IMG/VR virus record: IMGVR_UViG_3300033182_000595 | Coordinates: 16,763-80,762 of that record | DNA: 64,000 nucleotides | Source of the DNA: a virus | Direction: 5' to 3' (one strand) | Shown: in pieces, positions 16,962-26,913 of the stretch | How positions within the stretch are numbered: the stretch's first letter is position 1 | Layout: the number at the start of each line of letters is the position of its first letter | Notes under the pieces: model-generated | Databases searched by the model: none | Seen by the model: only the letters and a program-made list of their open reading frames with translations | What the model was told of the DNA's origin: nothing | Translations under genes and position numbers: made by a program

Positions 16962-17680
16962 CTACCGAAAGCCATGGTCATAGGGACCAGGTCATTGAGT
17001 TTTTGATCTTGTTCTACGGTCAGCTTGGTGCCACGAGCCTCATGGAACGCTGAGTTTGGTTGATTGTATATCTTCCATGTGATGACATCGAACTTACGAT
17101 TCCCATCCGCATCGGGCGGGCATACATAGTCGTTGATCTCATCAAGGAGACTACACACAGGATCTTCCTTCTCCGTGGGAACAAGAGAGAAATCCACCGA
17201 TGCCTCGATATGTGTAGTAATATAAGCATCAACGAACTCCTGTCCGACAATCTCAACCACTTCCTCAAGGGTATTGTCATCGAACTTCCCGTATCCATCC
17301 TCCTTTACATTAACTGTAACAGTATGCTCAATGGGCACACTAATTACATCACCGATATCCAGAGCCTTACCAGTATCCACATCCTCCTGTGTAGCTTTAC
17401 GCTTAACAGTTAGATTAGCAGTGTACTTGAATTGCTTGGGTCTGTTCGCACTACGATCTTGTAGTAGGGTAGTGGAGATCTTCTTGTACAACCTCCGAGC
17501 CCGTCCAAATAGACCCTCGCCTTTCTTCTTCAGCTCTCTGCCTTGGTAGTGGCACTTAACCAGATCGTGTATATCTGTATCGCCCTGTACCGTGACACAT
17601 TGTATGCGACTTCCCGAGGATGTTTCTTCCTTGGGTTTAGTCTCTTTCTGTTGTTGTCTTCTTTGTGCTAGCTTAGACAT
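16958..17680 (-). CDS. Hypothetical protein
   Basis: 240 aa coupled ORF. Confidence 0.6.
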   Translation of the reverse strand: MSKLAQRRQQQKETKPKEETSSGSRIQCVTVQGDTDIHDLVKCHYQGRELKKKGEGLFGRARRLYKKISTTLLQDRSANRPKQFKYTANLTVKRKATQEDVDTGKALDIGDVISVPIEHTVTVNVKEDGYGKFDDNTLEEVVEIVGQEFVDAYITTHIEASVDFSLVPTEKEDPVCSLLDEINDYVCPPDADGNRKFDVITWKIYNQPNSAFHEARGTKLTVEQDQKLNDLVPMTMAFGR

Positions 17681-17683
17681 AAA

Positions 17684-18100
17684 TTATTCCTCGATCTCAC
17701 ATACCCACTCATCACCAGACATGTTGAGTGCTTGGAGTAGATCATCCACGGTATCGAATGTGTAGTTACCATCCGTCCATCCGTTTATCTCTCCAGTCAC
17801 AGGCTCCCATACCTTCCTGACCATAACTGAATCCTCTGGGTTCTGTATGACCTTGGTCATGTGCTTGTTCTCTATGAATGAGAATGTGAAGGATGGGCGG
17901 ATGTCCTTTCCTTGAATTATGGCGTGCAGTTCCGTGATAGTCGGCTTTACACACACCTTGGCGTAACCGGGATTACTGAAATATATACACGATCTATAAT
18001 CACCAGGTACGTCATTTATATCCACATGGGATATGTGTGCGGTATTGATTAACTTCTTACCATAGTTGGTATCTACAATTATGAATCTATCTTTCTTCAT
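17684..18100 (-). CDS. Hypothetical protein, N-terminal FlbD-like domain
   Basis: LIN..HI..V...CIYF......V..T..E pattern. Confidence 0.45.
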   Translation of the reverse strand: MKKDRFIIVDTNYGKKLINTAHISHVDINDVPGDYRSCIYFSNPGYAKVCVKPTITELHAIIQGKDIRPSFTFSFIENKHMTKVIQNPEDSVMVRKVWEPVTGEINGWTDGNYTFDTVDDLLQALNMSGDEWVCEIEE

Positions 18101-18353
18101 AGGGTGCTGTTGTCCTTTCTAGGTTTTTGATCTTTTGCTTGAGTCGCTCCATCTCAGCCAAGCAATCATAGCCTACATTGAGTTCTTGGTTACCGATGCG
18201 AGCTATCGTGGTCTTGAGGGATTCATCGACGGTTACCCATGACTCATCTACGAGTGCTATGCATGTCCCTTTCTCGGTCCCATGGACATGGAGTATATTA
18301 TCTGGGTTGATGAACCACTCATCTCCACCCACATGGAATTGTACTAGCCTCAT
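18087..18353 (-). CDS. FlbD-like small protein
   Basis: WFINPDNI..V......T.I.L......V.ES pattern. Confidence 0.5.
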   Translation of the reverse strand: MRLVQFHVGGDEWFINPDNILHVHGTEKGTCIALVDESWVTVDESLKTTIARIGNQELNVGYDCLAEMERLKQKIKNLERTTAPYEER

Positions 18354-18757
18354 TGTGCTACCTCCCCTGTTCTGAATCTTTTTCTCATCTCGTCATTGAA
18401 TACCTGGTCGATATCCTCCTTGTTGTATCCATCGCCATAACCCTTGAGCTTTTCGACGGTGTCCTCTGTGTTGTTAGTGTAGAAAGCCTCGTGGTTCTCC
18501 AGCTCACGCATGATAATATCTATACGCCCGTGGTCTTTCTTATCCTCCTCGATGCCTTGCTCCATGATCTTTGCCCATTCGTCCACGAAGTGCTTAGCTT
18601 TGTCAGACTCAACAAATAGTCCGGCTCCGAGACCGACATACTTCTTGCCGTCCACTAGCTTCTCTTTCATCTGATGGGTATTGAATGCAAAGAATGCACC
18701 GCACTCCTCCATCAGCTTCTCCTGTTTAGCCTCACAATAATCCATTAAGTACTTCAT
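18350..18757 (-). CDS. Conserved phage hypothetical protein
   Basis: AFFAF...Q and ELENHE motifs. Confidence 0.6.
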   Translation of the reverse strand: MKYLMDYCEAKQEKLMEECGAFFAFNTHQMKEKLVDGKKYVGLGAGLFVESDKAKHFVDEWAKIMEQGIEEDKKDHGRIDIIMRELENHEAFYTNNTEDTVEKLKGYGDGYNKEDIDQVFNDEMRKRFRTGEVAQ

Positions 18758-19041
18758 AGTATTGTTGTCTCCCTTGCTTTCTTTAGCTTGATTAAGTGGG
18801 CACGACAGAGTGCGAGTATGAACTCGTTGATCTCATCGTCGTACCGATTGCGTATGAATGTCGGGATATCCGTCATCTCGATATTGCCCGTGAGCGACTT
18901 CACCTTGCCCAGTAGATCCATCAGATCCAGTACGAGCGTAGCGTTGTCCAATGAGAGGTTCTGTTCCTTGACCTCCCGTTTCACATCCTCATTTAGATAC
19001 CACATTCCAGTCATAGTGCCTCCTTGTTTGTTATTATCCAT
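18754..19041 (-). CDS. Hypothetical protein
   Basis: Coupled ORF. Confidence 0.45.
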   Translation of the reverse strand: MDNNKQGGTMTGMWYLNEDVKREVKEQNLSLDNATLVLDLMDLLGKVKSLTGNIEMTDIPTFIRNRYDDEINEFILALCRAHLIKLKKARETTIL

Positions 19042-19223
19042 GTACCCACGGTCTGATCATCCACGATGATTGAACCATGTGCGTGTCCATCCCGTATGTG
19101 TACTGCGGCTTGCTCGATAGCGTCTGCCATCTTCTTGCGTACACCAGTATGGAAGTGGATAGGTCGCCCGCTAGTAGTCACGGGTTTGGGTTCCATTCTT
19201 ACATTTAGTTCTAGCTTAATCAT
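19011..19223 (-). CDS. Hypothetical protein (resembles the N-terminus of 6703-7140)
   Basis: ATG immediately after operator copy 3; LNVRM...VGTWII resembles LEVRM...VGEWKI. Confidence 0.45.
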   Translation of the reverse strand: MIKLELNVRMEPKPVTTSGRPIHFHTGVRKKMADAIEQAAVHIRDGHAHGSIIVDDQTVGTWIITNKEAL

Positions 19224-19224
19224 A

Positions 19225-19246
19225 GTCACACGAAAATTAGTGTTAC
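19225..19246 (-). promoter_or_regulatory. Operator-like motif, copy 3
   Basis: GTCAC-acgaaaattagt-GTTAC. Confidence 0.7.
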
Positions 19247-19722
19247 GATACACGCAAACGATAGCCAGCATTGGCAAGCGCAATCTCAAGCTCCTCATCC
19301 ACGGACACGAGTCCGAGAGGTGCTTTGGGTGATGCGTGATAGTAGCCACCCTGGACATGATCCTGCATCCGCTTGACTGGTTTACCCTTACGGCTCACCG
19401 CATCGACCAGTCCACGATTGCGTCCCTTGATCCGGGTCATGTGCTTATGCTTGATCCGTCTGACCATAGTCTCCTTGAACCATGCGACAGCCCGTAGTGC
19501 GAATGATGTACCAGTCATTGACCTAGCCTCGGGCACGAACTGATTCACCTGACTAGCGAGCCATTGACTGACCTTGACTGACCCATCTGGGTACACCTGA
19601 AACTCACGATCTATCCTGAGTCGGCGCGGTGCTTTAGCTGGGAACGCTACGTACATGTCATTACTATATTGTGGTATGGATTGTTTCATTACATTATCCT
19701 CCTTGTTGTTGTTAGTGTCCAT
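19243..19722 (-). CDS. Hypothetical basic protein
   Basis: ORF in the leftward operon; an alternative downstream start with a GGAGG RBS is possible. Confidence 0.5.
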   Translation of the reverse strand: MDTNNNKEDNVMKQSIPQYSNDMYVAFPAKAPRRLRIDREFQVYPDGSVKVSQWLASQVNQFVPEARSMTGTSFALRAVAWFKETMVRRIKHKHMTRIKGRNRGLVDAVSRKGKPVKRMQDHVQGGYYHASPKAPLGLVSVDEELEIALANAGYRLRVS

Positions 19723-19768
19723 ACACGGACATCAGTTAGTGAGCTTGTGAAGACATTTTGTGATAAAT

Positions 19769-20452
19769 TCATGTGCATGTCCTCCATCCTTTGTCATCAT
19801 GCAAGAGACCACCATTGTGAGAGAATACATAACCCATGCGTTCTTCTTCGGGTAGTTCCATGTTCTTAGTGTAGTCATAAGGCATCATGAACTTCTTAGT
19901 GATCTCCCAATTTATACCAGGATATGGATACCATGCAGTCGCAGACTCATGATAACGATTGTGAGACCATTTAGTAACAGCCTCCTTCGTATCTAAATGA
20001 CGGCGAAGTACATACCGTTGGAACGCAAAATCATAACGATCATCACGCGTAAGGTAGTACACAATATCTCTCTCCCGTTGTGAGTGCCACACTTGGAATG
20101 TATTAAGCAAGCTATGAGTATGATCCCATGGCAAGCCACGACCTCTTCCATTAGGTGGGTCATCCTCTCCCCAGCCCGCGCCATTAAGTACAGCTTCAGA
20201 GATACCGGTCATTATTAGTTTAGCACCCTCGTCCAAGAATATATTGGTGTATGGACTAAGTGTTGAGTCATACGCATACAAGCCACGAGCATGATTCTCG
20301 AACCATTTCCTTCTGCTCGTCTCGTCAGCTAGTGCGACCTTTTCCATTACTGCTTCACTCATTGGTTCAGATGCTCCTAGCTTCTGCGATTGCCATACCA
20401 ATAGAGGTACCAAACGCTTTAGTGCGTCTGTTACCTCTGACCTCCACCTCAA
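19769..20452 (-). CDS. Hypothetical protein
   Basis: 227 aa ORF; C-terminal GGL..H...W..(C)T motif. Confidence 0.5.
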   Translation of the reverse strand: MRWRSEVTDALKRLVPLLVWQSQKLGASEPMSEAVMEKVALADETSRRKWFENHARGLYAYDSTLSPYTNIFLDEGAKLIMTGISEAVLNGAGWGEDDPPNGRGRGLPWDHTHSLLNTFQVWHSQRERDIVYYLTRDDRYDFAFQRYVLRRHLDTKEAVTKWSHNRYHESATAWYPYPGINWEITKKFMMPYDYTKNMELPEEERMGYVFSHNGGLLHDDKGWRTCT

Positions 20453-20755
20453 TGCAAGGCTGAGCCTTGCGTGGTTTGCGTTGTTTGTTCACACGACGCT
20501 CAACAGCGAGCTTCATGCGGTTTTTAGCTTTTGATTTACTCATAGCTTGGGGTCTCCAGCCCCTATGTTGTTATTTGTTAGCACCCTATTACCACTCGCC
20601 TGTGTGGAGGTAGTGGTATCATTTAGTGTTCAATTCTGAATCGGGAGTGTCCGCGGGGGCATATATAGTACTCACCCATAAAGCAATACACATAAGCACA
20701 CCCGGTCCCCAAAGGATAGCCAGAGCCTCCAACATTATCCTATCTGCATCAGTCA

Positions 20756-21061
20756 TCACTCATGCCCTCCACTCAATGAAGGAGATACAGGCTCCATATC
20801 GCTACGCCTTGCCATCTCATCTCGATACTCCCACTCCTTGATGATCTCCACACCTTTGAGTGTCCACCCACGAACAATAGGTCTCTCGCCCTGGTTCACG
20901 AACCTCTTCGAGCCTATGTTATTCTGCCAGCTCCAATAGTTCTCACCATCATAGTAGAATGCACATAGATCATTCCAGTGCCCAAACAGCTCGCCCTTCT
21001 TGCCATTAGGTAAGTCTACCTCCTTACGATATCTTTCATTCCATGCTTTATTAAACATCAT
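20756..21061 (-). CDS. Hypothetical protein
   Basis: GGAGG RBS; coupled ORF. Confidence 0.5.
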   Translation of the reverse strand: MMFNKAWNERYRKEVDLPNGKKGELFGHWNDLCAFYYDGENYWSWQNNIGSKRFVNQGERPIVRGWTLKGVEIIKEWEYRDEMARRSDMEPVSPSLSGGHE

Positions 21062-21293
21062 TCACCTCCGTTAGTTTTAGTAGTTGATTATTAAGGTCAT
21101 CCAGACTGACGATAGCCTGACGAATCCTCCCCCCCCAAATAAAGGAACGAGTATTCTGTGAAGCCCGTCCGATTGCCTTACTAATGTTTTCCTTGAGAGT
21201 GTTCACCTCATCAAGGTGGATTCTTTTCTGCATCCTAAGCTCATTCTCATACCATTTTATGGTTTCCTCTTTAGTCATGTTTGCATCACTCAT
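21051..21293 (-). CDS. Hypothetical protein
   Basis: AGGAGG RBS. Confidence 0.5.
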   Translation of the reverse strand: MSDANMTKEETIKWYENELRMQKRIHLDEVNTLKENISKAIGRASQNTRSFIWGGRIRQAIVSLDDLNNQLLKLTEVNDV

Positions 21294-21304
21294 TGTTTAT
21301 CCTC

Positions 21305-21583
21305 CTATACGTTGTAATGATCACATGTTGATTGCTTCACCCAGATCTGCTTACCTTGCTCTAGGTGTGTCTTAATAAAATTGTATGCTTCTGCATTGCC
21401 TTTCCGGTACAGATCAAAACCTCCTTTGGGGCACCAAGAGTGCATCATCCATTCATCCACCTTTTCCCCCAAGTACCTGATGGTATTGAATGCAGTACTA
21501 GCGTGCCAGTCCTTGAACCCTAGTACGATAGTTTCCTTCTCGCCTTGCTTGAGAAGTATTTTGAGTGCTTTGAATAGTGTCAT
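21305..21583 (-). CDS. Hypothetical protein
   Basis: AAGGA RBS. Confidence 0.5.
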   Translation of the reverse strand: MTLFKALKILLKQGEKETIVLGFKDWHASTAFNTIRYLGEKVDEWMMHSWCPKGGFDLYRKGNAEAYNFIKTHLEQGKQIWVKQSTCDHYNV

Positions 21584-21646
21584 TATTTATCCTTTTATTT
21601 ATTTAGTGAAATGCGCGCGTGATAGTCATCTGTGATAGTCGCTTCC

Positions 21647-22123
21647 TTAACCCGTAGGGAACGTCTGATTGTTTGATGCACGCTTTACTTTACGCTTAAC
21701 CAACCCGAAGGTAACCCTCGCCCTAACCCCAGGCGTATGCTTTCCTTCAGTCTCATGCTCAGCTGATCGTGTGTTTGTATCCTCGCCCGTGATTGATGCT
21801 ATGCTTGCCTCGCCTAAGTGTTTGATCCGTGGTGGTGTGGCTAATTGCTTGCGACGCAACTCAATACACATACTAGCAAACTCCATTGGCTTGAGATTGC
21901 TGAAGGGTAGCGAATTATCTGCACCATTGGCTGATATGTTGGCACGAGCTAAGCCATACTTAGCACGATTGCCACGGCAATGCGGATACATACCATACAC
22001 ATCCTTGCGGTCATATGGTAGATAGAATCGACTATTACATTTGTAACTCATTATCGTAGTCGTTTGTAGGCTTGCATCACAGCGGGGTGCATATGTGCCT
22101 CGTACAAGAATAGATCCGTGCAA
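21647..22123 (-). CDS. Hypothetical basic protein (start uncertain)
   Basis: ORF in the leftward operon. Confidence 0.35.
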   Translation of the reverse strand: MHGSILVRGTYAPRCDASLQTTTIMSYKCNSRFYLPYDRKDVYGMYPHCRGNRAKYGLARANISANGADNSLPFSNLKPMEFASMCIELRRKQLATPPRIKHLGEASIASITGEDTNTRSAEHETEGKHTPGVRARVTFGLVKRKVKRASNNQTFPTG

Positions 22124-22347
22124 AGTGGATCATGGTCATTACCGATCACAACTTTATCAACCAAGTCATAGGCTATGATGAACATACGATGTATGATGTT
22201 TGATGAGTCGAACCACATAGGACGGCTCAACTTGTCAGCGTGCTTAGTACGCTTAGGTTTGGTAGTGGTTTTACGATATGATTTAGAACGCTTAGTCTCA
22301 ACACTACCATTGAAACTACGCATCCTGTTAGTAGGACGATGTTGCAT
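22051..22347 (-). CDS. Hypothetical protein
   Basis: ORF in the leftward operon. Confidence 0.4.
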   Translation of the reverse strand: MQHRPTNRMRSFNGSVETKRSKSYRKTTTKPKRTKHADKLSRPMWFDSSNIIHRMFIIAYDLVDKVVIGNDHDPLCTDLFLYEAHMHPAVMQAYKRLR

Positions 22348-22419
22348 AGTATTAGTGGGTTAGTATGAAACAACGCACCACCCAACGAGTGGGTGATGCG
22401 AACGCTCTAAGCCTAATTC

Positions 22420-23007
22420 CTATTTAGAGTCGCTCAGACGACTACGCTTTTCAGCGATTTGTTTTTGAAGATCAGCAAAGGTAAGAGCTTCGCCCTCTTC
22501 ACCCTCGTTGCAACGAGCGTGGATCTTAACCGAGTGACCACCGGACTTTAAGGCACGGACATCGCAAGTTGTGACCACCGCTTTCTTATTCTTGACGGCA
22601 TCAGTAAGGATCGTCACCGCATCCCCGACATTCTCGAGATTGCGTTGCTCCTTTTGCTTGCGTGCTTTACGCTTCAGTTCAAGCCAACCTTCATCAGTGG
22701 GGAATGAAAACAAGGATAAATCCCAAGGGTTACCCATTTTGAGAACCTCGTCGTGGTAGCGTTGCAAGCTCAATCCGTAGGACATCGCGTTAAGGTAAGC
22801 CATTTTAAGCTCCTTAGGTGCTGGTTCTTTGACGGACTCGTTAAGAACCTTGCGTTCGATGTTAAGAGTTGCGATTGATTGCTCAATCTCGGCTACCCTT
22901 GAACCTGTGGCAACTAGCTTTTCAGCTATCGCAAGATCCTGTTCGTTCACGCTTGAGTTGATTTGATCTTGTACAAGATCTTGATACTTCTTTGATGTAA
23001 TAATCAT
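22420..23007 (-). CDS. Hypothetical coiled-coil protein, first gene of the leftward early region
   Basis: AAGGAG RBS at 23015-23020. Confidence 0.6.
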   Translation of the reverse strand: MIITSKKYQDLVQDQINSSVNEQDLAIAEKLVATGSRVAEIEQSIATLNIERKVLNESVKEPAPKELKMAYLNAMSYGLSLQRYHDEVLKMGNPWDLSLFSFPTDEGWLELKRKARKQKEQRNLENVGDAVTILTDAVKNKKAVVTTCDVRALKSGGHSVKIHARCNEGEEGEALTFADLQKQIAEKRSRLSDSK

Positions 23008-23642
23008 AATAATACTCCTTTGTTGAGTTGTTAATAATGTTGAAACATCGCTTTGGCTGATCGTACTAGGGAGTGACCCTATGCACCTTCTTGGATATTC
23101 GCTGACCACCTCAGTATGAACCTCTCGTTCAGCTCGGCTTGAAAGTATCAAATTGTCACGCTTGCCTAATGATACAGACTATAAGTTCCGTTCGATTTTA
23201 TAATGTAGAGACATCTTTCTCCCACCACTCACTTTTCATCAACTACTCCCCGAAGGGTAACGCTGAAAGTGTGATCTGTACTCAATCTCTTAACCTTATC
23301 GCTAACTAGCTTTTGCTTAGCACTAGGGGTCACGCCCACTAGCTAACGCTTCGATTGCAAGATTGGATCAGCGGTGTTTGAGTGTGGCATAGAGTCATTG
23401 GCTTGCCATCCTTTGCGGTTATTTAATCATTGGTATTACTTTCTCTTTACGCTTAGCCTATTGTTTCCGTGGTGTTGTTTCCCTAGGTTAGCCTTTGTTA
23501 AGACGGGCAAACTCTCTCTGTGAGGATTGAGCAAAGCCTATCGGTTCTTCCTCTCCTGTGAGGGAGAGGGATGGGTGAAAATATTTAGACAGAAGTGTCA
23601 TACCAAAGCAAACTACTCAAAATCAGCGACTTACGGCATACC

Positions 23643-23685
23643 TGTAACACTACAAGCATAGTGTTACACCCCCCCCAAGGGGGGG
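23643..23685. promoter_or_regulatory. Operator variant (N14 spacer) followed by a C8-AA-G7 inverted repeat
   Basis: TGTAACACTA-caagca-TAGTGTTACA, then CCCCCCCCAAGGGGGGG. Confidence 0.55.
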
Positions 23686-23787
23686 ACGAGGATTGCGACG
23701 CGTGCATATATATACCCGTTTTCTCTAGTTTCCAGAGTCCCGGACAAATTGACATTATGACGAATTGACGTTTTTCAATTCCGCTTC

Positions 23788-23906
23788 TTGGACACCTTGG
23801 ACACCTTTTTTACATTTAGGTATAGAAACTAAGTTAATAATAAGTTGTTTTAAGGTGTCCCAGGTGTCCACTTGCGAGGTGTCCATGCGTGGACACTTGG
23901 TATATT
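23788..23906. repeat. Iteron-like GGACAC/GTGTCC cluster flanking an AT-rich spacer (candidate origin)
   Basis: TTGGACACC x2 (23788-23805), AT-rich 23806-23852, AGGTGTCC x3 (23853, 23862, 23877), GGACAC 23891. Confidence 0.6.
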
Positions 23907-23920
23907 GACATTTTGTTTTT

Positions 23921-23942
23921 GTAACACTAAATTTAGTGTTAT
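23921..23942 (+). promoter_or_regulatory. Operator-like motif overlapping the ATG at 23941
   Basis: GTAAC-actaaatttagt-GTTAT; TTGACA at 23905-23910. Confidence 0.7.
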
Positions 23943-24990
23943 GAGTAACAGTTTACGCCCGCGTCCGGATACAGAGGTACCCAGTTATGGTTTGGGAGAA
24001 CTTATAGATTTAGGTAGTAAGGCTATAGGCAGTCTGGGCAACTTAGTTAGTAGTGGTGCTGGTCAATTAGGTAACCTTGTAAGCAATATACCTGTAGTGG
24101 GTAATGTGGTTGGGGATGTAGTATCCCATGCGGGAGCTGGAATAGGAAATTTGGTATCCGGTAATATAAGTGGGGGACTTGGTAGCCTATATACTGCGGC
24201 TGACACGGCACTCGGAGGTGCATTACCCGGTATTAGTGGGGCATATAATGTGCCTTTAACTGCGGCAGTTGGGCAACCCACAGGGTATTTAAGTAGTTTG
24301 TACACGGGTGCGGATAAAATGCTTGGTGGATATCTTCCTAATTTTGGAACATTTTCTCAATATACAAGTCCCGCACAGGCGGCGGCTCAAGCGGCGGCTC
24401 AAGGACTTAATGCAAACAATGCTGTTGGCACGACCTTAACTCGTGGCGGGGTAACTGGTCCGACTACATACACAAGCGTGCCTAATGCTATGGCTGAAGT
24501 TGGTGGTGCAAGTAGTGGTGGATTTTGGGATACCGCAAGTAAGATCGCCAACACTGCACAGATAGGTGGTGCATTATATAGTATGATCAAAGGACCGAAG
24601 GGTGCGGGTCAGGGTGGTGGTGCAAGCAATCAAGCACAGTATCGTCAGATGACAGGAGGCACACCCGGCACTGCAATTCAACCAGGCATACAGGGATCAA
24701 ACACTGGATCCAATGCGGGAGTGGGAGTAGGGAAAGGTGGTGCTAATTCCCGAGGGCAGGGCACGAATGAGACAGGTGGACTTACGCAAATCAGATCGGG
24801 GATATCTGAATCAGAAGCGATCATGCAAGAAACCAAAGACCTGATTGATGACTTTAAAAAATTTATGGACGAGAATAAGGGAGATCTTAGTGATATAGCC
24901 AAGAGCCCTATGGAGGAGGCAAGAGACAAGACCCCATTGACCCCAGACCCGTATTCATCACTTGGATCTGCGTATTCTATGTTAAGGTGA
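23941..24990 (+). CDS. Gly/Ala-rich probable internal virion (ejection/pilot-like) protein
   Basis: G/A/S-rich amphipathic repeats; N-terminal DTEVPSY motif. Confidence 0.5.
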   Translation: MSNSLRPRPDTEVPSYGLGELIDLGSKAIGSLGNLVSSGAGQLGNLVSNIPVVGNVVGDVVSHAGAGIGNLVSGNISGGLGSLYTAADTALGGALPGISGAYNVPLTAAVGQPTGYLSSLYTGADKMLGGYLPNFGTFSQYTSPAQAAAQAAAQGLNANNAVGTTLTRGGVTGPTTYTSVPNAMAEVGGASSGGFWDTASKIANTAQIGGALYSMIKGPKGAGQGGGASNQAQYRQMTGGTPGTAIQPGIQGSNTGSNAGVGVGKGGANSRGQGTNETGGLTQIRSGISESEAIMQETKDLIDDFKKFMDENKGDLSDIAKSPMEEARDKTPLTPDPYSSLGSAYSMLR

Positions 24991-25289
24991 TCTCTTTAAA
25001 ACGCTTCAGGGAATTTCTTCGGGTGGCATTTGGCCCGAAGGTTTCTTGGCGTGACTACCTTGAAATTTTAAAGTCTGCCTTTCAGATTGCAAGGAGTCCA
25101 TATTCACAGGAGATGTGGCGGGCTCGTATGCTTGTGTGCTATAAATGCCCTATATTCGACAAGGAGCGTAAGACCTGTCGACCCTTCCCGAGTAGCAAAA
25201 TGGGATGTGGATGCTATACGCCCTACAAAGCATTGGTTAAGTTCCACTGCTGGGGGAGGGAAAGATTTGGAGACAATTTCGGATGGTAA
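24987..25289 (+). CDS. Cys-rich hypothetical protein
   Basis: R...CYKCP...C...CGC...KA....C. Confidence 0.55.
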   Translation: MISLKRFREFLRVAFGPKVSWRDYLEILKSAFQIARSPYSQEMWRARMLVCYKCPIFDKERKTCRPFPSSKMGCGCYTPYKALVKFHCWGRERFGDNFGW

Positions 25290-25398
25290 TAAAGTGGGAT
25301 AAATTTGAAGGAGCCATTCAGGGTGATGGATGCAGTGCTACTATGGAACTTATGTTTACTGGCGCAATCGTGATTGGATTGGAGATATTAGCGAGGGG

Positions 25399-26244
25399 AT
25401 GATTAATGTACTATCATTAGGAGCGGGTGTGCAGTCATCCACAATGGCGTTAATGGCGGCAAAGGGTGAGATTACACCGATGCCTGATTGTGCGATTTTT
25501 GCGGACACGCAAGCAGAACCTGACTCTGTTTATGAGTGGTTAGATTGGCTTGAGAAAGAATTACCATTTCCTGTGTATCGGGTAACGAAGGGTGATCTTA
25601 CAAAAGACTGCTTAGAACCAAAGGTTAGGCAAAATGACTCAAAGAATGGTAAAAAGGGAAGCACTTATATTAAGTCGATCATCCCAAAGTTTGGTATATC
25701 AGAGGATGGAGAAGTAAGTGCCGCAATAGGTAGAGCTTGCACACAGGACTACAAAATTCGCCCAATCCATAATAAGATCAAAGAATTGTTTGGGATTAAG
25801 CGTGGCGAGAAAGATGTCAAAGTAATCCAATGGATTGGTATTTCATACGATGAGATTCAGCGGATGAAGGAGTCTCGTGACAAATGGTGCGAGAATCGTT
25901 GGCCGCTTATTGAGATGGAAATGCAAAGACATCATTGCAAACAATGGATGAAAAAGCATGGTTATCCTGAGCCTCCGAGATCTGCTTGTTATTATTGTCC
26001 GTTTCATAGTGATGAAGAGTGGAGGAATCTTCGTAATGAAGAACCTGGGTATTTCCAAAAAGCAGTCGAATTTGATAAGCAGTTAAGGTCACAGCATAAG
26101 AAATATGCACCTGAGTTGCGGATGTCTGTATACCTCCATCGCTCATGCAAACCACTTGATGAGATCGACTTTGATTCTGACGAGGACAAGGGCCAACTCA
26201 CATGGGATTTTATGGCCGAGTGCGAAGGAATGTGTGGTGTATGA
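25399..26244 (+). CDS. PAPS-reductase-like (adenine nucleotide alpha-hydrolase) protein with Cys cluster
   Basis: VLSLGAGVQS PP-loop, FADT..E, CT..YKI.PI, GIS.DE..R, RSAC..CPF, CEGMC. Confidence 0.75.
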   Translation: MINVLSLGAGVQSSTMALMAAKGEITPMPDCAIFADTQAEPDSVYEWLDWLEKELPFPVYRVTKGDLTKDCLEPKVRQNDSKNGKKGSTYIKSIIPKFGISEDGEVSAAIGRACTQDYKIRPIHNKIKELFGIKRGEKDVKVIQWIGISYDEIQRMKESRDKWCENRWPLIEMEMQRHHCKQWMKKHGYPEPPRSACYYCPFHSDEEWRNLRNEEPGYFQKAVEFDKQLRSQHKKYAPELRMSVYLHRSCKPLDEIDFDSDEDKGQLTWDFMAECEGMCGV

Positions 26245-26771
26245 AACTAACGCTCCAGCCCGATGAGGTACAAGTCTGCCAAATGGTTGGGCGGATGCGT
26301 AGTCTGATTGCCCGTGGAAACGGGGTGCGTGATGCGAAGATGGGCAACCACGATGGCGCGGAAGCGGATGTGATGGGAATGATGGCGGAGTATGGGTTTG
26401 CGAAGAAGATGAATGTATTCCCTGATTTGGGACTTACCCCAAGGAGCGGTTCCGCAGATGGTGTGCTGTCGAGCGGAAAGCGTTATGACATCAAAGCGTC
26501 CAAGCATCCCAATGCCCGACTGCTCAGTACGCTAAAGGTAAACCCCGATGTGGATGTATATGTACTATGCGTGGTGGATGGGAATCACTTGGATTACAAG
26601 GGATGGGCCCCGATATCTGACCCATCTCCATATTGGAGTGTAAATTTTTTGTCCGATGGGCACTTGGAGTATAAACCCTTTGAAGCGGGTAAGCTGGAAC
26701 AGGCTTATAGGTGGTGTGTGGAAACAATACTAAATCATGAGCGACAACACAAAGAACGAGGAAATTCTTGA
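26241..26771 (+). CDS. Hypothetical protein, possible PD-(D/E)XK nuclease fold
   Basis: AE...AK, ADG...YDIK pattern. Confidence 0.45.
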   Translation: MKLTLQPDEVQVCQMVGRMRSLIARGNGVRDAKMGNHDGAEADVMGMMAEYGFAKKMNVFPDLGLTPRSGSADGVLSSGKRYDIKASKHPNARLLSTLKVNPDVDVYVLCVVDGNHLDYKGWAPISDPSPYWSVNFLSDGHLEYKPFEAGKLEQAYRWCVETILNHERQHKERGNS

Positions 26772-26913
26772 AGCTAGAATGCGTAATATCGAGATGGACT
26801 TAAAAATGGTTGAGAACAATCAGGAGAGATTGGAAAACAACCGTGCCCAGTTGGTATTAAAGCTTATAGAAACAAGGGAAACCCTCCTGTCTTTACAAGA
26901 ACAGGATGAATGA
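26737..26913 (+). CDS. Small coiled-coil protein (58 aa)
   Basis: Translated by hand; fills the gap. Confidence 0.45.
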   Translation: MSDNTKNEEILEARMRNIEMDLKMVENNQERLENNRAQLVLKLIETRETLLSLQEQDE

